Shown here: in pieces, positions 22,035 through 35,177 of the stretch
Layout: the number at the start of each line of letters is the position of its first letter
Position numbering within the stretch: position 1 is the first letter of the stretch
NCBI RefSeq assembly: GCF_001194135.2
Contig: NC_068989.1
Coordinates: forward strand, 16,206,771-16,242,982
Length of the DNA stretch: 36,212 bases
From: Octopus bimaculoides
Taxonomy: Eukaryota
Reading direction: 5' to 3'
Program-made: the position numbers and the translations under genes
The notes under the pieces: model-generated
Told to the model about the DNA's origin: nothing
Seen by the model: only the letters and a program-made list of their open reading frames with translations
The model's database searches: none

Positions 22035-22268
22035 TATTGAGTTATCCGGAAAGTTCGTACCGATTTATAGTAGCTTACCTCTTTCGACTTATTTACCATG
22101 AAACCACCTCTATTCTGGGAAGAGGGTATTTTCAAGTTAAAGGAAAGATGGAGACGCATTGTGCAACAAAATGGTTCATATTTGGTTGATTAAAAATGTA
22201 ATGGCAAATATTTATTGACCTTTTTCTTTCCTTTAAAAATCGGCACGAACTTTCCGGATGACCCAATA
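22035..22268 (+). mobile_element. Mariner-derived MITE (32-bp TIRs, transposase C-terminal remnant)
   Basis: TATTGAGTTATCCGGAAAGTTCGTACCGATTT versus right-end reverse complement TATTGGGTCATCCGGAAAGTTCGTGCCGATTT; TA ends. The interior encodes FWEEGIFKLKERWRRIVQQNGSY*, the mariner C-terminal motif. Confidence 0.9.
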
Positions 22269-22354
22269 TTAATCCCACCAAGACAACGGCCTTGCTTTTT
22301 TTTTTTTGCTTTTTTTCTCGGAACCCGTTGGCTGTCCAATAGTGATGCTCCAAC

Positions 22355-22475
22355 AAAGTCACAGACTCTGGTTTACGAAGTACTAAACTGAGCTCGATTT
22401 GTTCGGCTAAAAACTTTCAAGGCTATGCCTCGGTGTGGCCACAATCCAATGTCTGAAACAAGTAAGAGAAAAGAT
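22355..22475 (+). mobile_element. SINE family B 3' fragment, degenerate
   Basis: ctcgatttgttcggctaaa...tggccacaatccaatgtctgaaacaagtaagag. Confidence 0.6.
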
Positions 22476-23191
22476 AAAAAGTAAAAATTTAAACTACAAA
22501 GTCAATAAAATGTACGGAATTTATTGAGCCATAGAGAAGAAACAAAACAGTACAAATGTCTTATAAAACTAATTGTAATATTCAGTTATAGACAGATTTT
22601 TGTCATTATAAACACGCAGCTGTCGTTATATTCACTTTTGTTTTATTATGTGTTACTATTATTGCATAAAGTGTCAAAAATTTTCAGCGTACAGTTGCGA
22701 TCGGTTCAGTGATGCAATTATATATTTCATAATCATAAAACACAAGTCAATATAGCAGATTATCTGTTATAAATGGCTATCAGAACACTTCGACAATGTA
22801 ATTATTTTAATCGTAGCACACGATCTCAAGTTAAATCACTTGCTAAAATGTTAAAAATTAATCAAAAAAATTGCACAAAAGATATAATGTGACATGGAAG
22901 AATTTTTGGCGCTATATAAAACTATCACGTCACTAAGCTGCGTAATCAAATTTCACAATCGAAGTAACTCAGACAGCAACAATCTAGCTTTCCAGCACTT
23001 AAGTTTTAGAGTTAGCAACGTTAAAAGTTAATGCATATACTTCCCAAGACTTAAATTATCACTGAACACTAATTTTCTCTCATGAGTATCTTTTCTCCTA
23101 AGAACAAGCTGTCTAACAGACATGCAGAGAGCTTATAAGTGTTTACGTATTTATATACGAATACATACATACAAGCATGGATAAACCTATA

Positions 23192-23231
<40 letters not shown>

Positions 23232-24313
23232 NNNNNNNNNNNNNNNNNNNNNNNNNNNNNNNNNNNNNNNNNNNNNNNNNNNNNNNNNNNNNNNNNNNNN
23301 NNNNNNNNNNNNNNNNNNNNNNNNNNNNNNNNNNNNNNNNNNNNNNNNNNNNNNNNNNNNNNNNNNNNNNNNNNNNNNNNNNNNNNNNNNNNNNNNNNNN
23401 NNNNNNNNNNNNNNNNNNNNNNNNNNNNNNNNNNNNNNNNNNNNNNNNNNNNNNNNNNNNNNNNNNNNNNNNNNNNNNNNNNNNNNNNNNNNNNNNNNNN
23501 NNNNNNNNNNNNNNNNNNNNNNNNNNNNNNNNNNNNNNNNNNNNNNNNNNNNNNNNNNNNNNNNNNNNNNNNNNNNNNNNNNNNNNNNNNNNNNNNNNNN
23601 NNNNNNNNNNNNNNNNNNNAGGGGCAACTGCAGGGTGGGTCGAAACGATCGTCGTGTTGAATAAGGATTCGTACCAAATCCATCTTCGTTCCCCTCATTA
23701 ATTATAAACTAAACGAACACTACGGAATTCCTGAGGTAGGTCTGGTGAAAATTATTCCGTAACTGTGGATGACATCAGATAGCCCAAACGCTGAATGCGC
23801 TTTAATCGATATAGTAATAAACATATACCCAAAGTTCCAATAATTACTCCTATATATATATTTTTTTTTTTATATATGACGTTGACCACTAACGTGGACA
23901 TTCAATGTGCTAGAAATAGATCACATCTTGTGTCTAATAAGACCTAAACGTAAGCGGGCAAGACATATATATGTATAGACACTTGCACATATATTTGGTA
24001 ATTACTCCATTTTCACAGATGATTCCTGTCTCCCTGTGTTTCATTGATGTCAATGTATTTCTGACTTTCCGCCTTTGACCTATCAGTTGACTATTCAGAC
24101 CTGCTGCATGATTTGAAACATAGGTGACGTAGGTAAGTTGTAACTTAATGTGTGCTTCCGACAAGTTAGGTCTGCACACGCTGCCATTCTTCCATTCCCT
24201 TAGGAACTTCAGTAGATGGAATGACAAATAAGATTACCATAATCATTGGATTATAGCGATAAACACTTGCACAACACGAGTATCGGTCGTTGAATCTCCA
24301 TTGTTAACAGGTT

Positions 24314-24567
24314 TTACACGAGAGTACCCCTCTCCTAGAAGGATGCTGTGACAACAGCTGGGGACCTCTCATCGCAGTGGTTTTCCTACGCACCCTGACA
24401 TCAAGTAAGAGCATTTCTGCATCCCCCCGCGTTCTAAGGATTGTCACTAGACTTGTTACTTTGACAGGTGCTACTACTCCGGATCATGGTATACCTGAGA
24501 ACAATATCGGCTGAGAGATGGTTCTACACTTCTCAAAATCTTGGAACTCCCGAAGCAGAGTCCCACT
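24314..24567 (-). mobile_element. 3' end of an RLE-type (R4/Dong-like) LINE
   Basis: The minus strand encodes LCFGSSKILRSV (cf. LLG..ILRKVL C-terminus) and ends TCTCGTGTAA, like the element at 31354. Confidence 0.55.
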
Positions 24568-24582
24568 ACACACATACATACA

Positions 24583-24615
<33 letters not shown>

Positions 24616-24826
24616 GCATACATACATACATACATACATACATACATACATACATACATACATGCATGCATGCATACATACAGGCATGCATGCAGATATA
24701 CATACACACATACAAGCATACATACATACATACACACACATACATACATACAAACATACATACCGACTCAACCACTCAAAGAAAGATCATACATGCATAC
24801 ATACATGCATGCATACACACACACAC

Positions 24827-24857
<31 letters not shown>

Positions 24858-24860
24858 TTT
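24568..24860. repeat. (CATA)n/(CA)n compound microsatellite
   Basis: Directly visible. Confidence 0.9.
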
Positions 24861-24869
24861 ATATATAAT

Positions 24870-25340
24870 CGCAAGCATGGCTCCATGACAACGAAGTTCG
24901 CTTTTGAAGCACTTAGTTTCAGTTTCAGTCCCACTGTAGCACCTTAAGCAAGTATCTTCGACTAATTAATACCTTGCTAATGAACTTGGTAGACGGGAAA
25001 TGTGTGCAAGACCATCGTATATATTTATGTGCATGTGTTTTCGTATGCGTGCGTGCGTGCGTGCGTGTGTGTATGTGTATGTATGTGTGTGTGTATGTGT
25101 GTGTGTATGTGTGTGTGCGTGTGTATGTGTAATCTCTGTTTGTCCCCACACCTAGACAACAGATGTTGCTTTGCGTATATCACTTTAGTTTCGAGGCCAA
25201 ACAAAAGAGACCGTCGCAATGAATACCAGATCCAAAAAGACTGAACACCGGGAAGAGATGATCTATTCGACGAAGTCCTTCAATGCGGTGTTTCGGCACG
25301 GGTGCACTCCAACACCTGAAACAAACAAAAGAAGAATACA
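24870..25340 (+). mobile_element. Old full-length SINE family B copy
   Basis: ttcagtcccactg...caccttaagcaagtatcttc...ggtagacgggaa; internal TG/TA tract; caaaagagaccg...ctgaaacaaacaaaag. Confidence 0.7.
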
Positions 25341-25722
25341 ATATATATATATACACACACACATACACACATACTCGTACATGAGTTGTATGCTTCCATA
25401 CATTCGTTTAGACTACTTAGTATTACGCGTCACGGTGCTCTAAACAAACATACACAGGCATTGATACATCAATAAATGCAGCCATTAGGATGTTCGAAAG
25501 CATTCACTTGGAGCCAAACAATTACAAATTTCAAATTCTTCGTAGTTGAAAACAACGTAAAATGATCTCGTTATTTAACCATAGCAATTCACTGATTAGA
25601 AATAGTTCTTTAGTGAATCACGCCAAAACCTACACATTTTGTTCGGGATGATCTTTTGAACACTTTCTGTTCTATGAAATCTAACGCTTTGGCAGCCAGT
25701 AACAAAGATTACAAGCAGAATT

Positions 25723-26423
25723 GGATCTTTTTTAAAACGGGGGCCACATTTTTCATTAATGTTTTACGTAGTGTTTTTGGTACCGAAAGACTTTCAAACT
25801 TCGTATACTTATCTATTTTGTGTTATAGAACAGAAAAATATTTTTGTATTCGAATTTATTTCATGTAAAAAATTGTCTTATNNNNNNNNNNNNNNNNNNN
25901 NNNNNNNNNNNNNNNNNNNNNNNNNNNNNNNNNNNNNNNNNNNNNNNNNNNNNNNNNNNNNNNNNNNNNNNNNNNNNNNNNNNNNNNNNNNNNNNNNNNN
26001 NNNNNNNNNNNNNNNNNNNNNNNNNNNNNNNNNNNNNNNNNNNNNNNNNNNNNNNNNNNNNNNNNNNNNNNNNNNNNNNNNNNNNNNNNNNNNNNNNNNN
26101 NNNNNNNNNNNNNNNNNNNNNNNNNNNNNNNNNNNNNNNNNNNNNNNNNNNNNNNNNNNNNNNNNNNNNNNNNNNNNNNNNNNNNTTGTTTCAGAATCGT
26201 TTGTTTATGTAGTCGGCACTTAATGTATATCGGCTGAATGGACGTCAGTGATTGGTTGAAATTACAGAAATACGACAACTTTAACATGGAATAACTTAGG
26301 GATTTCTTCTTTTTTTAAGAAGACTAAGAGAAAAAGATGTTTTATATGACACATTCTACCAGTGTTCCAAGTTTCAAAGTGTTTCGTTAATGAAAAATGT
26401 GGCCCCCGTTTTAAAAAAGATCC
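25723..26423 (-). mobile_element. MITE copy 2 (same family as 17859-18531, opposite orientation)
   Basis: Same 37-bp TIR at 25723-25759 and 26387-26423; TSD GCAGAATT at 25715-22 and 26424-31; the centre is an N gap. Confidence 0.95.
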
Positions 26424-26594
26424 GCAGAATTAAGTGGATACAATAAACTTCTTTCCAGTTTTTTTATGCTGACTGCTGGTGAACAGTCAGTTGTATTATA
26501 CTCAGATTCTCCACTTCATTAATGTTGGCTTTGCAGTAAAAACAAACAACTCAACAACCGCTATTCGTTGCATAGGACAAACTATCAAAACAAA

Positions 26595-27465
26595 TTATCA
26601 AAAAGTTCCCGGACTCGTTCTGTAGCGCGCTAGTAGATGGCAACACTCGGTTGCGTGCGCAATGAGAGAGCTAGCAATGATCTTCATGAGGCAGTATGCC
26701 GTGTGATATCGCTGTGTTTTTGTAATCACTTATATGCTGTAGTCTGCAATTTTGTCATGCACAAGAACAAAAAGGCAACGTGAAACTTGTGTTAAACTAG
26801 GGAATTCTGCTAAAGAGACATTGAGCTTGCTTCGGCAACCTTACGACGACGAGAAAATGGCTGATACGCAATGTTTCGTGTGGCACAGGCACTTCGAAAG
26901 CGAAAGAACGTCCTTGGAAGACGATGAGCGATCTGTAAGAACTGCCGCGAGGGTCACCCCCGGAAATGTGGTATTGTGCATTGAGTATTCATCTCCCAGG
27001 GACAGACCGTCGATCAAGAGTTCTACTGCGACGTTTTGAAGTGTGTTTGAGGGAGAAAATTCGGCGAAAGCGACCAGATATGTGGAACGCGAAGAATTGG
27101 ATTCTACTACAACAAAGCACCCTGTCACCGAGCTCTCTGAGCTCATGTGTCTCTCACCAAAAACAACATGATATCGCTTCCGCACCCACCCTTTTCGCCA
27201 GATTTAGTGTATTTCTATCTCTTCCTTAAGACGAAAATGCAGCTCAAAAGTCGCCGTTTTAACACCGTTGTCGAAATCCAGAGCGAATCGTAGAAGGTCC
27301 TCGACTAGCTCGTGAAAAACAACTTCCAGACCGGATTTCAAAAGTGGCAGGAACGGTGTATTGCTGCCCAAGGTGACTATTTCGAAGGCGATGATGTTAA
27401 AACGTAAGTAAATAAGTTATTTAACATAACTAGTTTTGGAACGAACATTTTGACATCACCTGGTA
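26595..27465 (+). mobile_element. Mariner (DD34D-type) element, internally deleted pseudogene
   Basis: CVKLGNSAKETLSLLRQPYDDE...SLEDDERS (HTH) joined to LREKIRRKRPDMW, LPHPPFSPDL (YSPDL motif) and WQERCIAAQGDYFEGD* (stop at 27405-07). The right TIR ends CACCTGG-TA; the left TIR is mostly lost. Confidence 0.9.
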
Positions 27466-28667
27466 ATTTTACAATGATATGGACATTTTCAATGCACTAA
27501 CTTTACCGTTCTCTATCCTCTTATGTTAATTCAGTGGCAATGTTTGAAAGTGCAAATTTTTTGTTTTCCATTATATATTTGCGTTACATGTGCAGTGTAC
27601 TATAATAGTCTTCGAATCGAAGGCGAATAAATGAATATTTGAAAGAACACCTATCTTTCACGTTCGACGTAAGTTTTTTCTTGATCTGATGCCCACAGCA
27701 ACACTATCTGCAACCACACACATCTATATACATGAGTATATATATGTATATATANNNNNNNNNNNNNNNNNNNNNNNNNNNNNNNNNNNNNNNNNNNNNN
27801 NNNNNNNNNNNNNNNNNNNNNNNNNNNNNNNNNNNNNNNNNNNNNNNNNNNNNNNNNNNNNNNNNNNNNNNNNNNNNNNNNNNNNNNNNNNNNNNNNNNN
27901 NNNNNNNNNNNNNNNNNNNNNNNNNNNNNNNNNNNNNNNNNNNNNNNNNNNNNNNNNNNNNNNNNNNNNNNNNNNNNNNNNNNNNNNNNNNNNNNNNNNN
28001 NNNNNNNNNNNNNNNNNNNNNNNNNNNNNNNNNNNNNNNNNNNNNNNNNNNNNNNNNNNNNNNNNNNNNNNNNNNNNNNNNNNNNNNNNNNNNNNNNNNN
28101 NNNNNNNNNNNNNNNNNNNNNNNNNNNNNNNNNNNNNNNNNNNNNNNNNNNNNNNNNNNNNNNNNNNNNNNNNNNNNNNNNNNNNNNNNNNNNNNNNNNN
28201 NNNNNNNNNNNNNNNNNNNNNNNNNNNNNNNNNNNNNNNNNNNNNNNNNNNNNNNNNNNNNNNNNNNNNNNNNNNNNNNNNNNNNNNNNNNNNNNNNNNN
28301 NNNNNNNNNNNNNNNNNNNNNNNNNNNNNNNNNNNNNNNNNNNNNNNNNNNNNNNNNNNNNNNNNNNNNNNNNNNNNNNNNNNNNNNNNNNNNNNNNNNN
28401 NNNNNNNNNNNNNNNNNNNNNNNNNNNNNNNNNNNNNNNNNNNNNNNNNNNNNNNNNNNNNNNNNNNNNNNNNNNNNNNNNNNNNNNNNNNNNNNNNNNN
28501 NNNNNNNNNNNNNNNNNNNNNNNNNNNNNNNNNNNNNNNNNNNNNNNNNNNNNNNNNNNNNNNNNNNNNNNNNNNNNNNNNNNNNNNNNNNNNNNNNNNN
28601 NNNNNNNNNNNNNNNNNNNNNNNNNNNNNNNNNNNNNNNNNNNNNNNNNNNNNNNNNNNNNNNNNNA

Positions 28668-31190
28668 AAATTTTTAAAGGAGAAAAGATCTGTCGATTCT
28701 TAACGAAATTAGTAGACAATCAACACTACTAAGTAACAAGAAGAAAACAAAAATACTGTGCAAATACATTACAGAAAAAGATTTACTAGATGTAAAAGAA
28801 GAGCTAAAGCAAGATATCCTTTCCAAAGCACAAAGGATCTGCCGGTATGAGAAACGCCAACGTTTCTTTGAACAAAACAAAAAGTCCAAGCAAAATCTCA
28901 AAGAATACGAACTTTTAAGAAAAGTAAAAAAAAATTTAAAAAATACAAAATAAGCTGTTCACATCCAATGCGAAAACATTCTACAGAGAAATAGGAAAGG
29001 AGAAAATAACCGTTGAAGACCTCCCACCCCACCTGCCATGGAAGAAGATAAAAACTTCTGGAAAAATATCTGGAGTAATGAAAAGACATACAATGAAAAT
29101 GTACACAGAAGGATCCTACCTAAATTTACCAAAACAAGCATGGGAAGACATCACAATAGCAGACCTCAGGATGACACTCACGAAGGCTCATAAGTGGAAA
29201 TCTCCTGGTAATGATAGGCTGCCAAATTTCTAGCTCACCTCACTCCCGTGCGCCCACGAAAAGTTACTCCAGTTATTCAATGAAATTATGAGAGATCCTG
29301 CGAAAGCACCCGATTGATTAGCAGGAGGTATTACTTAACTAATCCCGAAGAATAATGAAACCAAATTTCCCCAAAGCTATCGGCCCATAACATGTCCATC
29401 TACCACATATAAAATTTTAACATACATCCTCGTGGAGAGAAAACATACAAATTTATGGAACAGAAGAATATTTTCCCCACTGAACAAAAAAGGTTTGCCG
29501 ATGATGCTCATATGGATGCAAAGACTACCTGTTAATCAATCGCTGATCCTTGAGAACTGTCATTACAAGCGCAGAAATCTCAGTTCTGCATGGATTGATT
29601 ATAAAAAGGCCTTTGACAGCATACTGCATTCATGGATCTTGAAATCGCTGGATATCTTCAAAATTTCTCATATGATTTCAAGCTTCCTGAAGCACAGCAT
29701 GTCAATGTGGAATGCGAATCTCCCTTCAATTATACCACTCTAATGGAGTACTGACCACAAAAAATATTAATATTAAGTGCAGCATTTTCTAAGGTGACTC
29801 ACTTTCACCTTTAATTTTCTGCATAACCTATTACCCCTTACAAGTGAACTCAAAAGAAAAGAGTATGGATGTAAAATTGGCGTCAAGAAAATACGTCATC
29901 TATTTTATATGGATGACTTAAAACTCTATGGCAAAGATGATAATGAGCTTGAAGGACTACTACGTACTGTGAAAGCATTCATTGATAAATGTGCCAAAGC
30001 CACTTTCCAGAAAGGGAAACTGAAGACATCACATTCAGTGGTGTTGAATGTTGACAGTCATAAAAGAACTTGAGCAGGAACAAACTTACAAATACCTCGG
30101 AATAAATGATGGCTCTGGTATTCAACATGCAAGTATTAAAGAGAAGATCAGGAAGGAGTGTTACAGGAGAGTTCTAGCAGTCTTAAAATCCGAGTTAAAT
30201 GCACGTAACAAGCTGTTAGCTATAAATTCCTTGGCAGTTCCTGTTGTTATTTACGGTTTCAATGTGTTGAACTGGAATATGAGCGAAATAAGGAAGATTG
30301 ACAGGAAGCTGCTGATTTGCAATAAGTTGCACCACCCAAAGGCAGACGCCGATCGCCTTTACCCACCCAGAGCTTGAGGAGGTCGAGCCCTGGCAAAATA
30401 TTTTGAAGTATCTAACGACTGGATGCTAAAGCCCGTTGAAAATCATAAAAGATGTAAGAAGCTTCATTCTGTTATGAAGGAGAGCAAAACATTTTCAAGT
30501 GAGTTTATGCATAATACCCAAGTTGAACAGCATGAGGGAAGTGCAGCAACTGTAGTTGCAAAGAAGGTGAAATGAATAACAAAGCAAAATGCGTTTGAAC
30601 AATTGACTAATAGGTAGGAACAAAAACCTCTGCATGTCTAATATGTGACTCGTAGCAAACAAGCTGATGTAGCCCAGAAGCACACCCATCTGTGGCTACG
30701 GAGCTCAAGGCTAAAAGCAAAGAGTGAAGGCTGCCCAAGATCAGAGCTTATTGACCTGGAACTATCAAGCCAATGTGATGAAAAATGGTGTAGACCCAAA
30801 GTGCTGATACTGCAACGATGAGATAGAAACAGTCGACTACCTAATCGCAGGATGCAAGGTTTTAGCACCTGTAGAGTACAAATCAAGACGTGACAGAGTT
30901 GGCCAATATCTACATTGGATAATGTGTCGGCATTATAAATTCAAAACTGCTGACAAATAGTACAAGCATCGCCCTGAGGCTGTACCTGAAGAAAAAAATA
31001 TAACTATTCTTTGGGACTTCCTAGTGTGTACAGATCGGACATCAAGGCAAATAAACCAGATATTGTTGTGAAAGACAAAAGCAATAAAGTCTTTTTATTG
31101 ATTGACATGAGCATACCCTGTGACCATAATATCTCGGCAGAAGAATTTGATAAGCTCAGAAAATATAAAGATCTGCTAATCAAAATCTTC
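28668..31190 (+). mobile_element. R4/Dong-like non-LTR retrotransposon (RT, CCHC, RLE), decayed, 3' end missing
   Basis: YRPITC, AWIDYKKAFDS, GDSLSPL, LFYMDDLKLY (about 29906), YKYLG, HPKADADRLY, a C..C...C zinc knuckle near 30800 and ANKPDIVVKD...LIDMSIP (RLE). Many stops and frameshifts. Confidence 0.92.
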
Positions 31191-31353
31191 CGTGTTAAAA
31201 CAATTTTTTTTCTTTGATTTCGTTTCAAAAATAAATTTTAAACGTCCAACGCAAGCTTCGAACAACTCGTCGCCACTTTTATATCCTTGTATTGGACATA
31301 TAATATAACGAAGCAGGGGAAGAAAGTATATACGCGACGCACTATCATTACTA

Positions 31354-32445
<1,092 letters not shown>

Positions 32446-32774
32446 TTTTTTTAATGCACTCTTAATCATATCTTATATCTGAACACATTGTGTAACTACG
32501 AATGAATGTATGAACGTTGCCTGTAGGTATTTGTGTAACCGAAAATACGAATATATACATATGATTGAATACAAGTGTTGATATACACATGCATGTATAA
32601 AGGTATGTGAGAAAGCATATGTTTGAATGCACATATATGTTTATATATGCATGTATGTGCATGTGCATACATGAAAGGCAACTTTGTGTAAACATGTTCA
32701 GAGCAACACGTATTTCGCCTTTAGTCCAGAGTTTTCTTTCTTTCTGTACACTTTACCCCCGTCTAAATATCTAA

Positions 32775-32813
32775 CTTTCTGAAGAAGAGCTTAAGCTCTT
32801 CGAAACTTCAAAG
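32775..32813 (+). ncRNA. Degenerate minimal type I hammerhead ribozyme-like motif (Penelope-type)
   Basis: CTTT-CTGAAGA-A-GAGC-TTAA-GCTC-ttc-GAAAC-TTC-AAAG: CUGANGA and GAAA cores, a 4-bp stem II and a 4-bp stem I. It carries a 3-nt insertion and an altered stem III/cleavage segment. Confidence 0.5.
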
Positions 32814-34999
32814 CTATTTCTACTTTCTCACCTCCCAGTGAACGTCAGACTACTAATTACACTTTCTCTTATTGCCATTGTCACAGTTATTTTTGTACCT
32901 ATATATATGTGTGTGTATAAGTGTGTATGTAAAGACATACATATACATGTATGTATAAATGTACAGTATATATGGTCATATATGTGAATGTGTGTGTATG
33001 TGCGCTGGCATGTGTTATGTTGTTGTATGTGTTTGTGTGTACAAATCTGACACATGAATAAATAACCCATTGGGCCAATTCATGGAATGGTTTAATGTAA
33101 ATTATATTGATTATTGTATATATGATTCCAACTTCAATCAAAATCTTTTTCCGAAATTGTTTTCCTGATAATTTTTATACCATTTGTCTTTAACTTCCTT
33201 CTTACTCTATTCAGTTGTTGCAAATCAGGTCCAAATGAATATATNNNNNNNNNNATATATATATAATGTTTTTTCTGCATCCAATCAAATTCCAACATCG
33301 AATATAAAAATAAATTTCTTCTGTCTTTACGAACTTTTGTGTGCTTTTCCCGTATAAGATAATAAATACTATTTTGGTTATTAGAATGACGTTCTATAGC
33401 AGTAACATGAGAAATTTTCAGGCACGACGCTTTACTGATATAAAGAGACATGTCCGGACATGAACTTGGTAAATTAAGAAAAGACCTAATGCTGATGAGA
33501 TTCTACAATGAAATAGGATTCTGCATTCAGAAACTAATCTCGCTATAGGCAAACTTTTTATACATCACTTCGAAACTAGATACCAATAACCTTAGACCTT
33601 GCCACAATTCAAATAAAAATTATTTCTTTTAAATGTGAGTTATTCTCGTGTACATACTATCTTGGGCAATTTATCCTTTAATATTTGTAAAGGCATACTT
33701 TTCTGGTTCCCGGGTGAAAACACATTTAGCTGTCCTACAAACGGTACTAAAATACCGAGGATTCTCTGAAAGGATAACAATATATGTGGGGATTTTTTGA
33801 TTCTATGTTACAAAACATAGGATCAAATCTAAGAAACCGGTGATATAATTCTATCTTTAATTTATTCATAAAAGATACTGTTTAATAGATCTGAAAAATA
33901 AAAAGAGGTTTGTTTGCCAAAATTAATTTACATTGCTTTTCGGTAAATATTTATTCAAGGTACCGTTATTCGCTCGCAGCATAACTCAGTGACTGTTTTC
34001 TTAATACTAGTCAAATACGACCTGTCTTCTAGCTGGAATTTTACAAATGAATTACTCTTCTCTTGAAACATTGCATTAGGAACACATTTCAAACGCTTAT
34101 ATAATTGGTTCTCTCAGTTCATGGACATATGTTTATCTTGAATGAGAAAACCATACATACAAGTTGAAATTCTTGGTCAACTATATTATTCGCAGTGTAA
34201 GTATGCACTAAAACAAAGGCTGAAATTCATGTCACTATTTTAATATTGTAGTTACATATGTTTCGTTACAACAAGGAAAATACTTTTTATGAACACAGAT
34301 ATTAATATTAATTATAGTAGATATAATAAATTCATAATAAAATATACACACACATTTAGATCTTTTCTCATGTGTAAATCTTCTGACATAGCCTAAAAAC
34401 AATACATTTAACATTTGGGATATTTCATTACATATAACTTATGAGATTTATCAAGAATAGATAAACTCTATAAGCTATATACAATAAAATATCTCAAGTG
34501 TTAAATATTATTTTGAGGCTCTGTTTAGATTTACTAATGGGAAAGATCTAAATGTATGTGTATATTTTATAATGAATTTATTATATTTATATTATTGTCA
34601 ATATCAATATCTATATTCATTATATGTATTCCTCATGTTAAATTGAAACATGTGTAACTACAGTACTAATATAGTACCATTATGTAACTACAGTACTAAT
34701 ATAGTACTAATATATGTATATGTATGTATATACATGCAAAGTAATAATAATAATCCATGGAAGGAATTTATAAATATTTCAATGCATCGCAACGCGCGTT
34801 TCACAGTCATCATCCTAGAGATGAGTACAATACAAGTCGTAGCATCCATGGACATCGGGTGGATCATATTCATGCATTCATTTCTTCAGGCGATATATAC
34901 TATGTGCCTGTGAAGTCACATCTCCGTATGTCTTGCGTATGTATATATACGCGTGTGCACATATGAATGCTTGCACATCACTATATTTGTGTATATTTT

Positions 35000-35177
35000 C
35001 TTTCTTTTGTTTCAGTCATTTGATCGCGGCCATGCTGGAGCACCGCATTTATTCGAACAAATCGACCCCAGGACTTATTCTTTGGAAGCGTCGTACTTAT
35101 ACTATTAATTTCACGAGTAGGCTGTTCCGTTGATCGAATTGACTGGTACACTCGTCGTCGTAACCGACGGAGAACCA
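35000..35177. mobile_element. Adjacent SINE fragments: family B 3' end (minus, 35000-35102) and family C 3' end (plus, 35105-35177)
   Basis: ttttgtttcagtcatttga...gcggccatgctggagcacc...atcgaccccaggacttattc, then ttaatttcacgagtaggctgttccgttgatc. Confidence 0.75.

Noticed and set aside
22905-22945. TATA box (ctatataaaa) with nearby tcacgtca as a promoter
   Set aside because: Short motifs are common in AT-rich DNA, and no downstream gene can be identified.
33488-33530. CTGATGA...GAAA hammerhead-like string
   Set aside because: The stem II closing pair is missing, and the position that would be the cleavage site is G, so stems I and III cannot be closed correctly.
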